Positions 28,947 to 38,015 of a stretch of DNA of 64,000 nt are shown here, piece after piece (position 1 is the stretch's first letter; each line of letters opens with the position of its first letter). Origin of the DNA: Promethearchaeota archaeon (GTDB lineage: Archaea; Asgardarchaeota; Lokiarchaeia; Sigyniarchaeales; SOKP01); the NCBI GenBank assembly GCA_048940925.1, contig JBHLOC010000005.1:66687-130686 (forward strand), given 5' to 3'. The position numbers and the translations under genes were made by a program. Below the pieces are notes generated by a model. It worked only from the letters and a program-made list of their open reading frames with translations. It was not told the origin of the DNA and made no database searches.

Positions 28947-29899
28947 TTGAGAATAAAGAAAAAACAACATATGAAATTTGGAGTGAGGAATTAACCAAAA
29001 TTTATGGAAAGGGGAAAGAGGCGTTAGAAGCTGTATCAGAAATAGATCTCCGTGTAAAACCTGGGATTCATGGGTTTCTTGGACCGAACGGTGCTGGTAA
29101 AACAACAACAATAAACATGTTAGTAGGCGCTATTTCAATAACTAAAGGAAAGGCTAAGATTAGAGATGAAAAAGCTGGAACTGTTACAGCTAAACAAATA
29201 ATTGGATTTTTACCTCAAGATCCTGTATTTTATGCAGATATGACCGGAGAAGATTATTTAATATATATGGGACAATTAGGAGGACTACAAAAGCAAGAAG
29301 CAAGAAGAAAAGCTCAAGAATTATTAGACTTCTTTGAACTTTTTGAATTCAGAAAAAAAGAAATTGGAACATATTCTGGAGGAATGAAACAAAAAATTGG
29401 CATAGCTGCAGCATTAATCCATGATCCAAAAGTCTTAATACTCGACGAACCTACGGCTAATTTAGACCCAATTGGAAGGGCTGATGTAATACAAAAAATC
29501 AAAAGTTTAACTGATATTAGCGTTTTTGTTTCGAGTCACATTTTATCTGAAATTGAACAAATGTGTGAAGATGTTACAATGATAGACCATGGTAAAATTG
29601 TAATATGTGATTCTATAAGAAATATTAAAAAGAGATACATAAGTAATCTCTACATCTTAGACACTAATATGAATGAAAAAATCATGAAACAATTAGATGA
29701 TAAGGATATTATAAAAAGTATTCGAATTGATAGGATGGATGAAAAAATTCATATCATTCCTATAGATTCCGAGAAACTACGGAAACTTATACCTGAAATA
29801 ATTATTAAAAATAAAGCGCTCTTATACAGTTTTCATCAACCAGAATTATCTTTACAAGATATTTTTATGGAGATAATGTCAAAAAAGGAGGGATCTTAA
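28943..29899 (+). CDS. ABC-2 type transporter ATP-binding protein
   Basis: GPNGAGKTT, YSGGMKQ and ILDEPT; ATGA overlap with the upstream gene. Confidence 0.95.
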   Translation: MIENKEKTTYEIWSEELTKIYGKGKEALEAVSEIDLRVKPGIHGFLGPNGAGKTTTINMLVGAISITKGKAKIRDEKAGTVTAKQIIGFLPQDPVFYADMTGEDYLIYMGQLGGLQKQEARRKAQELLDFFELFEFRKKEIGTYSGGMKQKIGIAAALIHDPKVLILDEPTANLDPIGRADVIQKIKSLTDISVFVSSHILSEIEQMCEDVTMIDHGKIVICDSIRNIKKRYISNLYILDTNMNEKIMKQLDDKDIIKSIRIDRMDEKIHIIPIDSEKLRKLIPEIIIKNKALLYSFHQPELSLQDIFMEIMSKKEGS

Positions 29900-30933
29900 T
29901 GGTAGAGAAGAAAAAATCAAGTTTTACTGATAACTTAAAAGGAAATGTTGAGAAATTAAATAAGAAAGTAATCCAACCAACAAAAACTTGGCTTTCAGAG
30001 CATGTTTTTAAAAGAACTACAATTGTAATAAAAAAGACCTTTCATGATATATATTCATTTAAAAAAATGATTGCTATGATTATAGTAATGTTGATTCTAC
30101 CACTAATTTACATTTCTCTATCTTCACCTGTTGATTTTGGACTAATTTCACCTTCTCATGCTGCTATTGTCATTAGTATCGCATTAGCATTTCCATTCTT
30201 TTTTTGGTCTTTAGGTTTATCTTATACTGTGTTTATTGGGATCTCTGGATCTCCACTTATTGCTGATGAATTAAACTCGGGTACAATGCTGATATTAGTT
30301 AGTAAACCTATAAGTCGAATAAAAATATTTCTTGGAAAATTTGTTGGTGTTTTCCTGTATGGAATGTTGTTGAGTTTTATTGTTATATTTGTGAGCGGAT
30401 GGATGGGAGTTTTGATAAAATCAGGAAATATAGATCACTTTGTCACCTTGATACCATTTTTGACCGCATTATATCTCTATAGCTTGTTCATACTATTTCT
30501 ATTTACCAGTATTACAATGGCACTATCAACAATTTTTAAAAAATCAAGGAATGCATCAGTAGGGATTCTTCTTGTATCAATTTTTTCTTTTCTCGCATTT
30601 CAACTGATTAGAACAATGGTGGGGGGTGCTTATGTAATGTTTCAATTATACCATTTTGATCTTGGTTATCATCTGGGAAATGTGTTTATTTTATTCATTG
30701 AAAGTTTGGACGCTATTCCACCATCAACAAGCTGGCAACGTATATTCGGAATGATGACGGGAGTATATAGTACTGAATCACCAATCGATCCTGATCAAAA
30801 TATTAATCTTGGTGGCTTTAGTAAGACTAATTATTATTTGCCTATCGTTTCTCTCTTGATATGGCTTTTAATTGCTTTCTTACTATTAGCATTTGCTTTA
30901 ATAAGTTTGAAGAAAAGGGAAGTTTCTGTGTAA
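29899..30933 (+). CDS. ABC-2 type transporter permease
   Basis: 'IADELNSGTMLILVSKPISR..IFLGKF' motif; TAATG overlap with the ATPase gene. Confidence 0.9.
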   Translation: MVEKKKSSFTDNLKGNVEKLNKKVIQPTKTWLSEHVFKRTTIVIKKTFHDIYSFKKMIAMIIVMLILPLIYISLSSPVDFGLISPSHAAIVISIALAFPFFFWSLGLSYTVFIGISGSPLIADELNSGTMLILVSKPISRIKIFLGKFVGVFLYGMLLSFIVIFVSGWMGVLIKSGNIDHFVTLIPFLTALYLYSLFILFLFTSITMALSTIFKKSRNASVGILLVSIFSFLAFQLIRTMVGGAYVMFQLYHFDLGYHLGNVFILFIESLDAIPPSTSWQRIFGMMTGVYSTESPIDPDQNINLGGFSKTNYYLPIVSLLIWLLIAFLLLAFALISLKKREVSV

Positions 30934-31078
30934 TTCTTATTTTAAAAAATCTTTTTTTTTCCAATTTAAAGGAGGTTTAATTGAATTTCTTAATTTCAAA
31001 TAATAGTAGATATACCTTTTTCGCAGGAAATCAAGAAATTAGGTATTATTAAATTTGTATGATAATAAAAAAAATAAG

Positions 31079-32038
31079 TTAGAAGTTAGAGTATGTCATA
31101 AATTTATCTCCTGAGCCTAAACTATAAATTTCAAACTTCTTACCTCGTTTGGTTTCAGCATGCATCAATATCATAGGAAATAGATAAATCTGAGATGTAA
31201 TTTGGGCATCTTTATCTTTTTCATGAGTCTTGTAATCACTACCTGCAGAATTTATTGTCTTTCTTATGTTTTTATTCCAGTATCCTAATGATGCTTCCGC
31301 TTTTGAATCTAATTCTTTAAAATTACTAAATTTTATACCTTCCACGTCTTCAATCATTTTGTGGAGATCTTCTCCAATTTCTTTTTCATATCTCGTTTGT
31401 GCGCTAGAATGAAGGACAGGAATTCCAGTAACAACCGTTTGAAAAGGTACAGGAAGTTCTTCATATTTATAGAGGTTTTTATGACCTCCACATTCTTTAC
31501 AAGGTTCTATTCTATTTCCTGTTCCATAACATGCTCCACAGGGATAAGAAAATGGTTTCTTTTCTTTTTTTTGTTCTTCACCGACTAAAATAGTAAAAGT
31601 TTCTTCAATTTTCCCGGTTCCTTTACAAGTTTTACATTTATCCTCAATATATCCTTTTCCTTTACAATTTTTACAAACAACTGCTTGAATTGACTCAAAA
31701 TGAGGAACTTTTTCGTCTCCCTTCCAATTCTCTTTATTAATTTTTCCAGCTCCCTTAAATGAATAAAATTGAACTCTTCCTACCCTAGGAGCAGTAACTG
31801 TATTTTCTTCTTTACCTTTTGGAGCTGGTCCAAGAGATTTTTTAACAGCAAAATAAATCGCTGCTTCTTTCGTAGTATCCTTTACATACTCAGCTGCACT
31901 GATTGCATCTAATGAGAAAACAGCCCCTTTAGTCCCAAACTCTTTCTCCATTTTCTTGCGATCCGTTCTTGCAACTTTTTGTTTCCATCGCAACCATATA
32001 TCATCAAGGTTTGGAGTTTTAATTCGTACATCTGGCAA
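31079..32038 (-). CDS. DnaJ-type CxxCxGxG zinc-finger protein without J domain (SSUH2-like)
   Basis: CKNCKGKG, CKTCKGTG, CGACYGTG and CKECGGHK; no HPD motif. Confidence 0.75.
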   Translation of the reverse strand: MPDVRIKTPNLDDIWLRWKQKVARTDRKKMEKEFGTKGAVFSLDAISAAEYVKDTTKEAAIYFAVKKSLGPAPKGKEENTVTAPRVGRVQFYSFKGAGKINKENWKGDEKVPHFESIQAVVCKNCKGKGYIEDKCKTCKGTGKIEETFTILVGEEQKKEKKPFSYPCGACYGTGNRIEPCKECGGHKNLYKYEELPVPFQTVVTGIPVLHSSAQTRYEKEIGEDLHKMIEDVEGIKFSNFKELDSKAEASLGYWNKNIRKTINSAGSDYKTHEKDKDAQITSQIYLFPMILMHAETKRGKKFEIYSLGSGDKFMTYSNF

Positions 32039-32187
32039 TTTTTTATCAACTTATAAAATTTATTTTAGTTTACAATTATTTTATTTAATAGGTTTGGAAT
32101 TAAAAAAATATAAAATAGAATAATTTATAATTTTATATAAAAGAATATTAAAAATAGAATAATTATAAGAGAAAAGGAATATAAAAA

Positions 32188-32349
32188 ATGTCTGCTGAAG
32201 AACGTCAATCAGTCGAGTATTTCCTTGAATGGATTAAGAATCAAGGACTTTCACAGTGGATTGAACATTTCTTAAACCAAGGCGATGAAGAAAGACTCAG
32301 GCAAATAAAACAAGTTTATGATAAAATTAAACAAGTTTTTGGATTTTAA
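32188..32349 (+). CDS. 53-aa micro-protein absent from the ORF track (SAM-like pattern)
   Basis: ATG at 32188 to TAA at 32349: MSAEERQSVEYFLEWIKNQGLSQWIEHFLNQGDEERLRQIKQVYDKIKQVFGF. AGGA lies upstream, and the segment is more GC-rich than its AT-rich flanks. Confidence 0.7.
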   Translation: MSAEERQSVEYFLEWIKNQGLSQWIEHFLNQGDEERLRQIKQVYDKIKQVFGF

Positions 32350-32471
32350 ATTTTTCTACCTTTTCTCTAATTTAATATCTTAGTGTAAGAATTGTTTTTT
32401 TTTCTTAATTTAGAAATTAGAAAAATTGAATTGGTATTATTCCTTTTTTATATCAGTATCTAAATAATTTA

Positions 32472-35153
32472 GTGGTTTCTCCATTGAGTGTTCCCTCAAG
32501 GAATTTCTTCATCGTTTTAGATTTAAACCGAGATTCAAAGAAAAAACTACTTTATAATGTTAATTTCTTTTATTTGAAAAAATTCAACAAAAAAAGGTTT
32601 ACATTTTCCTATATAAGTGATCCTTTTTTTAGAGGATCTGTTCTTTTTGGTTTAGATTTTAAAAATCGAACACGTCCATTGAGTTTTGATAAGATTAGTA
32701 AAGATAATAAGATTTCCCCCGTGGATCCTAAATTCTTTAAGAAATTTTTGCTTTCAGATTACAATAAGTTTATTGCTTTTTCAAATCAAACTCCTTCTGA
32801 AGAGATTTCACCAGTTAAAAATATGCTTAACAGCTTGCAATATGAAAAACACAAAATTGTTAATTTAACTTTCTGTAAATCATGTTTAGAGAATCAAAAT
32901 CAGAAATTTACTATTCTAAATGAGAATTTTCAAATTAAGGCGATCAAACAAGGATTTTTATGTTCTAATTGTGCATATGAAATTGTAATACGACAAGCAC
33001 GACTTGCTGGATTAATTTCAGAGAAGAGAGTAAGTTTAAAATTAAAAAACTTTTTAACACATATGATTCTTAAGTTTAGAGACGTTAAAAAGGTTTTAAG
33101 TGTATTTCAAGCAGATTTTAATCCAGCAGCGAACAGAGAAATTACACTCTACGATATTGAGAAAGCTCCTCCTATGAGTAAGAAGTATCTCACTCAAAAG
33201 ATTGAAGATCTTAATATACCTAATTCTTTAAAAGCTATATTAAAATATTTAAAGATTTTCAAGCTACTTCCAATACAGGCATTATCAATTGAAAAAGGCT
33301 TACTTTCAGAAAGAAGGAATCAATTAATAATGGCCCCTACTTCTGGTGGAAAGACCCTCGTAGGAGAATTAGCAGGAGTTTCAAAGATATTATATGATAG
33401 AAGAGCAAGAATGTTATATTTAGTTCCAATAGTTGCGTTAGCAAATTTGAGAACTGAAGAGTTTAAAGAGAAATATAAATCTCTTAAATTAAATATTGTT
33501 AAAAAGATTGGAGAATCAATATTTGAAAAGAGTAGTGAGTCTGACCAGGAAGATTTAGCTAATGCTGATATTATAATAGCTACTTATGAAGCGATTGATT
33601 TCATTCTAAGAAGTGGAAAGAAAGAGATATTAGGTAGAATAAGCACCATAGTCATTGATGAGATTCAAACTTTAATAGATTCCGATCGTGGTTTCTTATT
33701 AGATGGTTTTATTTCTAGACTCAAATTTCTTTATGCTAATGCACAATTTTTATATCTAAGTGCTACTTTAGGAGAACCGAAATTATTAGCTAAGAAGCTT
33801 AATAGTGAATTGATTATGTATAATAATCGTCCTGTACCTATAGAACGACACTTATTACTATGTCTTAATGAAGCTCAAAAACAAAAATATATATTTAAAT
33901 TAGTGCGTGTAGCTTTTTCGAAGAAATCCAATTACGGCTTCAAAGGACAATCGATAATATTTACAAATACTCGGAAAAATTGTGAATCAATATCAAAACT
34001 ACTTGAAGAAAGAGGAATTAATGTAGCATCTTATCATTCGGGATTATCTAATGAAGAAAGAAAGATTATTGAAGAAAGATTCCGTACTCAAAAAATTGCT
34101 GCAGTAGTAGCAACAGCAGCATTAGCTGCAGGGGTAGATCTTCCGGCAAGCCAAGTCATTTTTGAATCTTTAGCAATGGGAATAAATTGGTTAACTGTTG
34201 CAGAATTTGAGCAAATGTTAGGACGAAGCGGACGGTTGAAAAAACATGACCTTGGTTATGCATATCTTCTTGTGGAACCAGGAAAAGTATACTCTCCAAA
34301 AATGAAAGAATCAGAGGAAGATATCGCTATTAAATTATTGAATGGAAAAATTCGAGATTTTGAATTAATTCCAAATAGTGAGAGATCTCTTACAGAATTA
34401 TTAGCATTTGTTTCGATTTTTACTAATAGTGTTAAACGAGAGATGATTTACTTATTTTATAAAAACTTAATTAATAATGAATATGATTTTGAAATCTCTT
34501 TAAAAAAATTAAATGATTTAAAACTAATACGCTTTAAAGAAGATTTCACTGTTCGGATAACTAGATTAGGACAAGCAGTTGCCAAGTCATTCTTAACTAT
34601 AGATCAATGTTTAGACATTATCAATATTTTACAAAATAAAATGAAAAAACCTTTAGAAATTGCTCTTGACTTAAAACCAATTAAAAATGTATATTTATCT
34701 AAAAAAGTTGTAGCTGATCTAGCAAAAAATGTGAATATGAAATATTATAGCAACAATTTATTTAGTGCTAGCGTCTTATCTCTGATGAATGCTGAATATG
34801 TGAGGAAACGTAAAACATTTTCTCAAGAATTTATTGAATTTGTATTAAAATGGATAAAGGACATTTTTAATTGTAATTGTAAAGATTCTCCATTTTGTGA
34901 CTGTGGAAGGTTAAATCTTGAAAAATTAATTTTAAATTTAAGAATAAAAAAAAAATTCACGATAGAAGAAATCTGTAACTACTTCGAGGAGGAATATAAC
35001 ATAATAATCTTTAAAGGAGATGTTATCGATTATTTAGAGAATTTAATCTACAGCTTAGAAAGCATTAAAAATATTCTAGAAGGAATTTTACATTCTAATT
35101 ATGAATCTGATATAGGTGAAATTCCTAAACTTATTGAGCAGATTAAATATTAA
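32472..35153 (+). CDS. Archaeal Ski2-like SF2 helicase (ASH-Ski2/COG1202 type)
   Basis: 'LLPIQ', 'APTSGGKT', 'DEIQ', 'LSAT', 'QMLGRSGR', N-terminal CxxC pairs and C-terminal 'CNCKDSPFCDCG'. Confidence 0.88.
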   Translation: MVSPLSVPSRNFFIVLDLNRDSKKKLLYNVNFFYLKKFNKKRFTFSYISDPFFRGSVLFGLDFKNRTRPLSFDKISKDNKISPVDPKFFKKFLLSDYNKFIAFSNQTPSEEISPVKNMLNSLQYEKHKIVNLTFCKSCLENQNQKFTILNENFQIKAIKQGFLCSNCAYEIVIRQARLAGLISEKRVSLKLKNFLTHMILKFRDVKKVLSVFQADFNPAANREITLYDIEKAPPMSKKYLTQKIEDLNIPNSLKAILKYLKIFKLLPIQALSIEKGLLSERRNQLIMAPTSGGKTLVGELAGVSKILYDRRARMLYLVPIVALANLRTEEFKEKYKSLKLNIVKKIGESIFEKSSESDQEDLANADIIIATYEAIDFILRSGKKEILGRISTIVIDEIQTLIDSDRGFLLDGFISRLKFLYANAQFLYLSATLGEPKLLAKKLNSELIMYNNRPVPIERHLLLCLNEAQKQKYIFKLVRVAFSKKSNYGFKGQSIIFTNTRKNCESISKLLEERGINVASYHSGLSNEERKIIEERFRTQKIAAVVATAALAAGVDLPASQVIFESLAMGINWLTVAEFEQMLGRSGRLKKHDLGYAYLLVEPGKVYSPKMKESEEDIAIKLLNGKIRDFELIPNSERSLTELLAFVSIFTNSVKREMIYLFYKNLINNEYDFEISLKKLNDLKLIRFKEDFTVRITRLGQAVAKSFLTIDQCLDIINILQNKMKKPLEIALDLKPIKNVYLSKKVVADLAKNVNMKYYSNNLFSASVLSLMNAEYVRKRKTFSQEFIEFVLKWIKDIFNCNCKDSPFCDCGRLNLEKLILNLRIKKKFTIEEICNYFEEEYNIIIFKGDVIDYLENLIYSLESIKNILEGILHSNYESDIGEIPKLIEQIKY

Positions 35154-35164
35154 ATTAATCAAAT

Positions 35165-36358
35165 CTAGGATGTATGAATTTCTATTATATCATTATCCTC
35201 TAATCCGTAGTCAAGTCCGACTCTTTTTCGTTTTTGACGAGCATTTTGTCTAATAACTATAGCATGGTCAAAATCATCAAAAAAACTTCTATGAATTCTC
35301 AATGTTGCATCTTTTATCGTGGAATCTTCATCCATAATTAATGGTTTTTCAGCAATGTTTCCTGAACTCATTGTATATATTCTAATCTTTTTCAATTGCT
35401 TCAAAATTATTTCTCCAAAATCATTAGGAAAATTTTTAGTATGAATACTTGTACCTAAAATGAGAGGAAATTCATTTGAATAAGTGTTTTTTAATTTAAT
35501 AAATTTCTCTTCAGTATGGGGAAGATCACCTTTAGTTCCTATGACAATTGCTTTTTTATAAACTAGAGACGGGATTAATGAGTCTACAAGTTGATCGAGA
35601 GAAATCTTTCCAAAAACTTTTACTATAGCATTCTTTATTCCGTTCTCACGAACAATTTCTTTTATTTTATCTGTAAGATCTTCTAAATCATCATTATCTT
35701 TTGCTTCTTGAGTCAAATACAAAACTTGAATTTTATTTGATCCTGTTTTTTTAATTGTTAATTTAGGAGATAATACATTTATCCTAATATCTGCCTTGTA
35801 TAATTCTTCTTTAAGTAATTCCATTTGTTCTTTTATATCTCTTGATAAATCTATGCATAAACATATTAAATCACATGATCTAATTTGAGAAAGTATTTCT
35901 TTCCCATTTCCTATCCCTTCCGATGCTCCCTTCATTATTGAAGGCATATCTACACATTGAATTCGTATTTTGTTATGTTTATAAATTCCAATTTCAGGTA
36001 AATCTGTAAATTTTCCAATTTTCTCACCACCTGCTCCTGTTAAAAAGTTTAAAATCGAAGTTTTACCTACTCCAGGGGTATAAAAAGCACTAATAAAAAT
36101 TAACTGAATACCCTCTTTTTTAATAGAGAAGGGTGATATAACCTTTTGAGTGCTTTTTTGTCTTGTTTTTCGTTCCTCTAGTTCACGTTTCATTTTAGCT
36201 AAACGAGATTTATTCAATGCCACGATTTTTTCAGTTGCTTTGTGCTTGGGGACTAATGAGAGAAATTCTTCTAATTTTTTTATTTTCTCCTCTAAAGATC
36301 CTGCATCCAAATATTCCTGATATTTGACTTTAGCTTCTGCTCCAATATTAGAACTCAA
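35165..36358 (-). CDS. DRG/Rbg-related OBG-family GTPase with TGS domain, divergent motifs
   Basis: 'VPKHKATE', 'PGVGKTS', 'TKGD' and C-terminal 'VGLDYGLEDNDIIEI'. Confidence 0.85.
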   Translation of the reverse strand: MSSNIGAEAKVKYQEYLDAGSLEEKIKKLEEFLSLVPKHKATEKIVALNKSRLAKMKRELEERKTRQKSTQKVISPFSIKKEGIQLIFISAFYTPGVGKTSILNFLTGAGGEKIGKFTDLPEIGIYKHNKIRIQCVDMPSIMKGASEGIGNGKEILSQIRSCDLICLCIDLSRDIKEQMELLKEELYKADIRINVLSPKLTIKKTGSNKIQVLYLTQEAKDNDDLEDLTDKIKEIVRENGIKNAIVKVFGKISLDQLVDSLIPSLVYKKAIVIGTKGDLPHTEEKFIKLKNTYSNEFPLILGTSIHTKNFPNDFGEIILKQLKKIRIYTMSSGNIAEKPLIMDEDSTIKDATLRIHRSFFDDFDHAIVIRQNARQKRKRVGLDYGLEDNDIIEIHTS

Positions 36359-36383
36359 AAATCAAATCCCTAGAAAAATTTAA

Positions 36384-36839
36384 TTAAAATATAGAACGAA
36401 AGCGATCTTCTGTTTTTAATCTCAGATCTCCTAAAATTTCATTAATTCTAGCATCAAAATTTTTAAAATATTTAGGTTTTTTCGAAAATATATCATTTAA
36501 TGAATAACGATTTAGAAAATAAGTTAGTATTTCATTTAGTTGCTGTTTAACAACTGACACTTCTGTTCCTTTCTCAACAATAGCAAAGGATAATAACGGT
36601 TGTTTATTTTCAACCTCTTTACTAGGCAATTCTATCATTTCACAGTAACACACTAGTTTAAATGATGCGAGAGAGATGACATTTATGTCATCTCCAAAAA
36701 CTTCACTTGTAAAACTCTCCAGAGCTGATAAAAATCCCGCTCGCAGATTTGGATCTAAAATATTATCCGAAGACGTATAATATTTTATATCAAGAAGATT
36801 TTTCATTCCTAAATTTATACCTACTTCAAGAATTGCCAT
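36384..36839 (-). CDS. Longin-like domain protein (Asgard type)
   Basis: 'DPNLRAGFLSALESFTSEVFG' helix and 'FLNRY...F..F...INEIL' pattern. Confidence 0.65.
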   Translation of the reverse strand: MAILEVGINLGMKNLLDIKYYTSSDNILDPNLRAGFLSALESFTSEVFGDDINVISLASFKLVCYCEMIELPSKEVENKQPLLSFAIVEKGTEVSVVKQQLNEILTYFLNRYSLNDIFSKKPKYFKNFDARINEILGDLRLKTEDRFRSIF

Positions 36840-37055
36840 TTTCAGAAGAAAACATTTACTATTTTATCATATAGTTTTGTATCAATTTTTGTATGATAGT
36901 AATATTTTTTATTTTTTTTTCTATTTTTTTTTTAACCTTTAATTAATAAAATTCTTTTGTTTTCTTAAGAAGTTATTTAGTTTATTTAAACTAGCTTTCA
37001 ATTAGATTTTACTAGTCTAAAATTAAATTATAAAAAGAAAATTGTTTGTTTATTA

Positions 37056-37919
37056 TTATTTTAATTTCAATTGTCTTTTATAGGTAGTAAAAGTATTTTG
37101 AAATAGAAAACTTACAGTTAAGGGCCCAATACCGCCAGGAACGGGTGTGATTTTACTACATTTATCCAGAACACCTTCAAAATCAACATCACCACATATT
37201 TTATCTTTTAATCTGTTTATACCAACGTCAATAATTACCACACCTTCTTTAATCCTCTCATTTGTTATGAAATTTGGTTTTCTTACCGCAACAATTAAAA
37301 TGTCTGCATTTCTAATATAACGATCAATATTTTTTGTCGAAGTATGGCAAATAGAAACTGTTGCGTTCCGCTTTAATAATAAAAAGATAAGAGGTTTCCC
37401 TACTAAATTCGACCTGTTTATAATTACGACGTCTTTACCCTTAAGATCAATATTATAATGTTCTAAAAGTGTTATTATCCCTTTAGGAGTACAGGGAGCT
37501 AATTCCTCATCATAATCAAAAAGTTTACCTCTATTGAGTGGAGTTAAACCATCCGCATCTTTATCTGGTGATATATGTGCTAAAAAATTAGGAGTCTCAT
37601 TAATTAATTCATTTGGAAGAGGTGCTTGTAGTAAAATAGCATGAATTGAGTTATCTTCATTCAGTTGTTTAATTTTCTTTATTAAATCTTCTTTTGATAT
37701 ATATTTATCTAATTTGATTGTTATAGTTTCAATACCAATTTGAGAACTTGTTCTCTCTTTTATATTAACATAAACCTTTGAAGCTGGATCTTCTCCAACT
37801 AAAATGGTGGCTAATTTTGGTATTATTTTTGTCTTTTCTACAGCTATTTTTATTTTTTTTTTTAAATCTAGATTTAACTCATCTGCTAACTTTTTACCAT
37901 CTAAAATTTTATTATTCAT
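37056..37919 (-). CDS. folD: Bifunctional methylene-THF dehydrogenase/cyclohydrolase
   Basis: 'ILDGK', 'KDADGL', 'PCTPKG', 'RSNLVGKP' and 'TPVPGGIGP'. Confidence 0.96.
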   Translation of the reverse strand: MNNKILDGKKLADELNLDLKKKIKIAVEKTKIIPKLATILVGEDPASKVYVNIKERTSSQIGIETITIKLDKYISKEDLIKKIKQLNEDNSIHAILLQAPLPNELINETPNFLAHISPDKDADGLTPLNRGKLFDYDEELAPCTPKGIITLLEHYNIDLKGKDVVIINRSNLVGKPLIFLLLKRNATVSICHTSTKNIDRYIRNADILIVAVRKPNFITNERIKEGVVIIDVGINRLKDKICGDVDFEGVLDKCSKITPVPGGIGPLTVSFLFQNTFTTYKRQLKLK

Positions 37920-38015
37920 AACTCTTAGCTAATTTTATCTCATTAATTATTTTAGAAATATTTGAAGAATAAAAAGTAATTTTATTATTTACCCATTAAT
38001 AATTAATAGAATGCG

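Noticed and set aside
31079-32038. Calling this gene dnaJ
   Set aside because: No J domain/HPD motif and no G/F-rich region.
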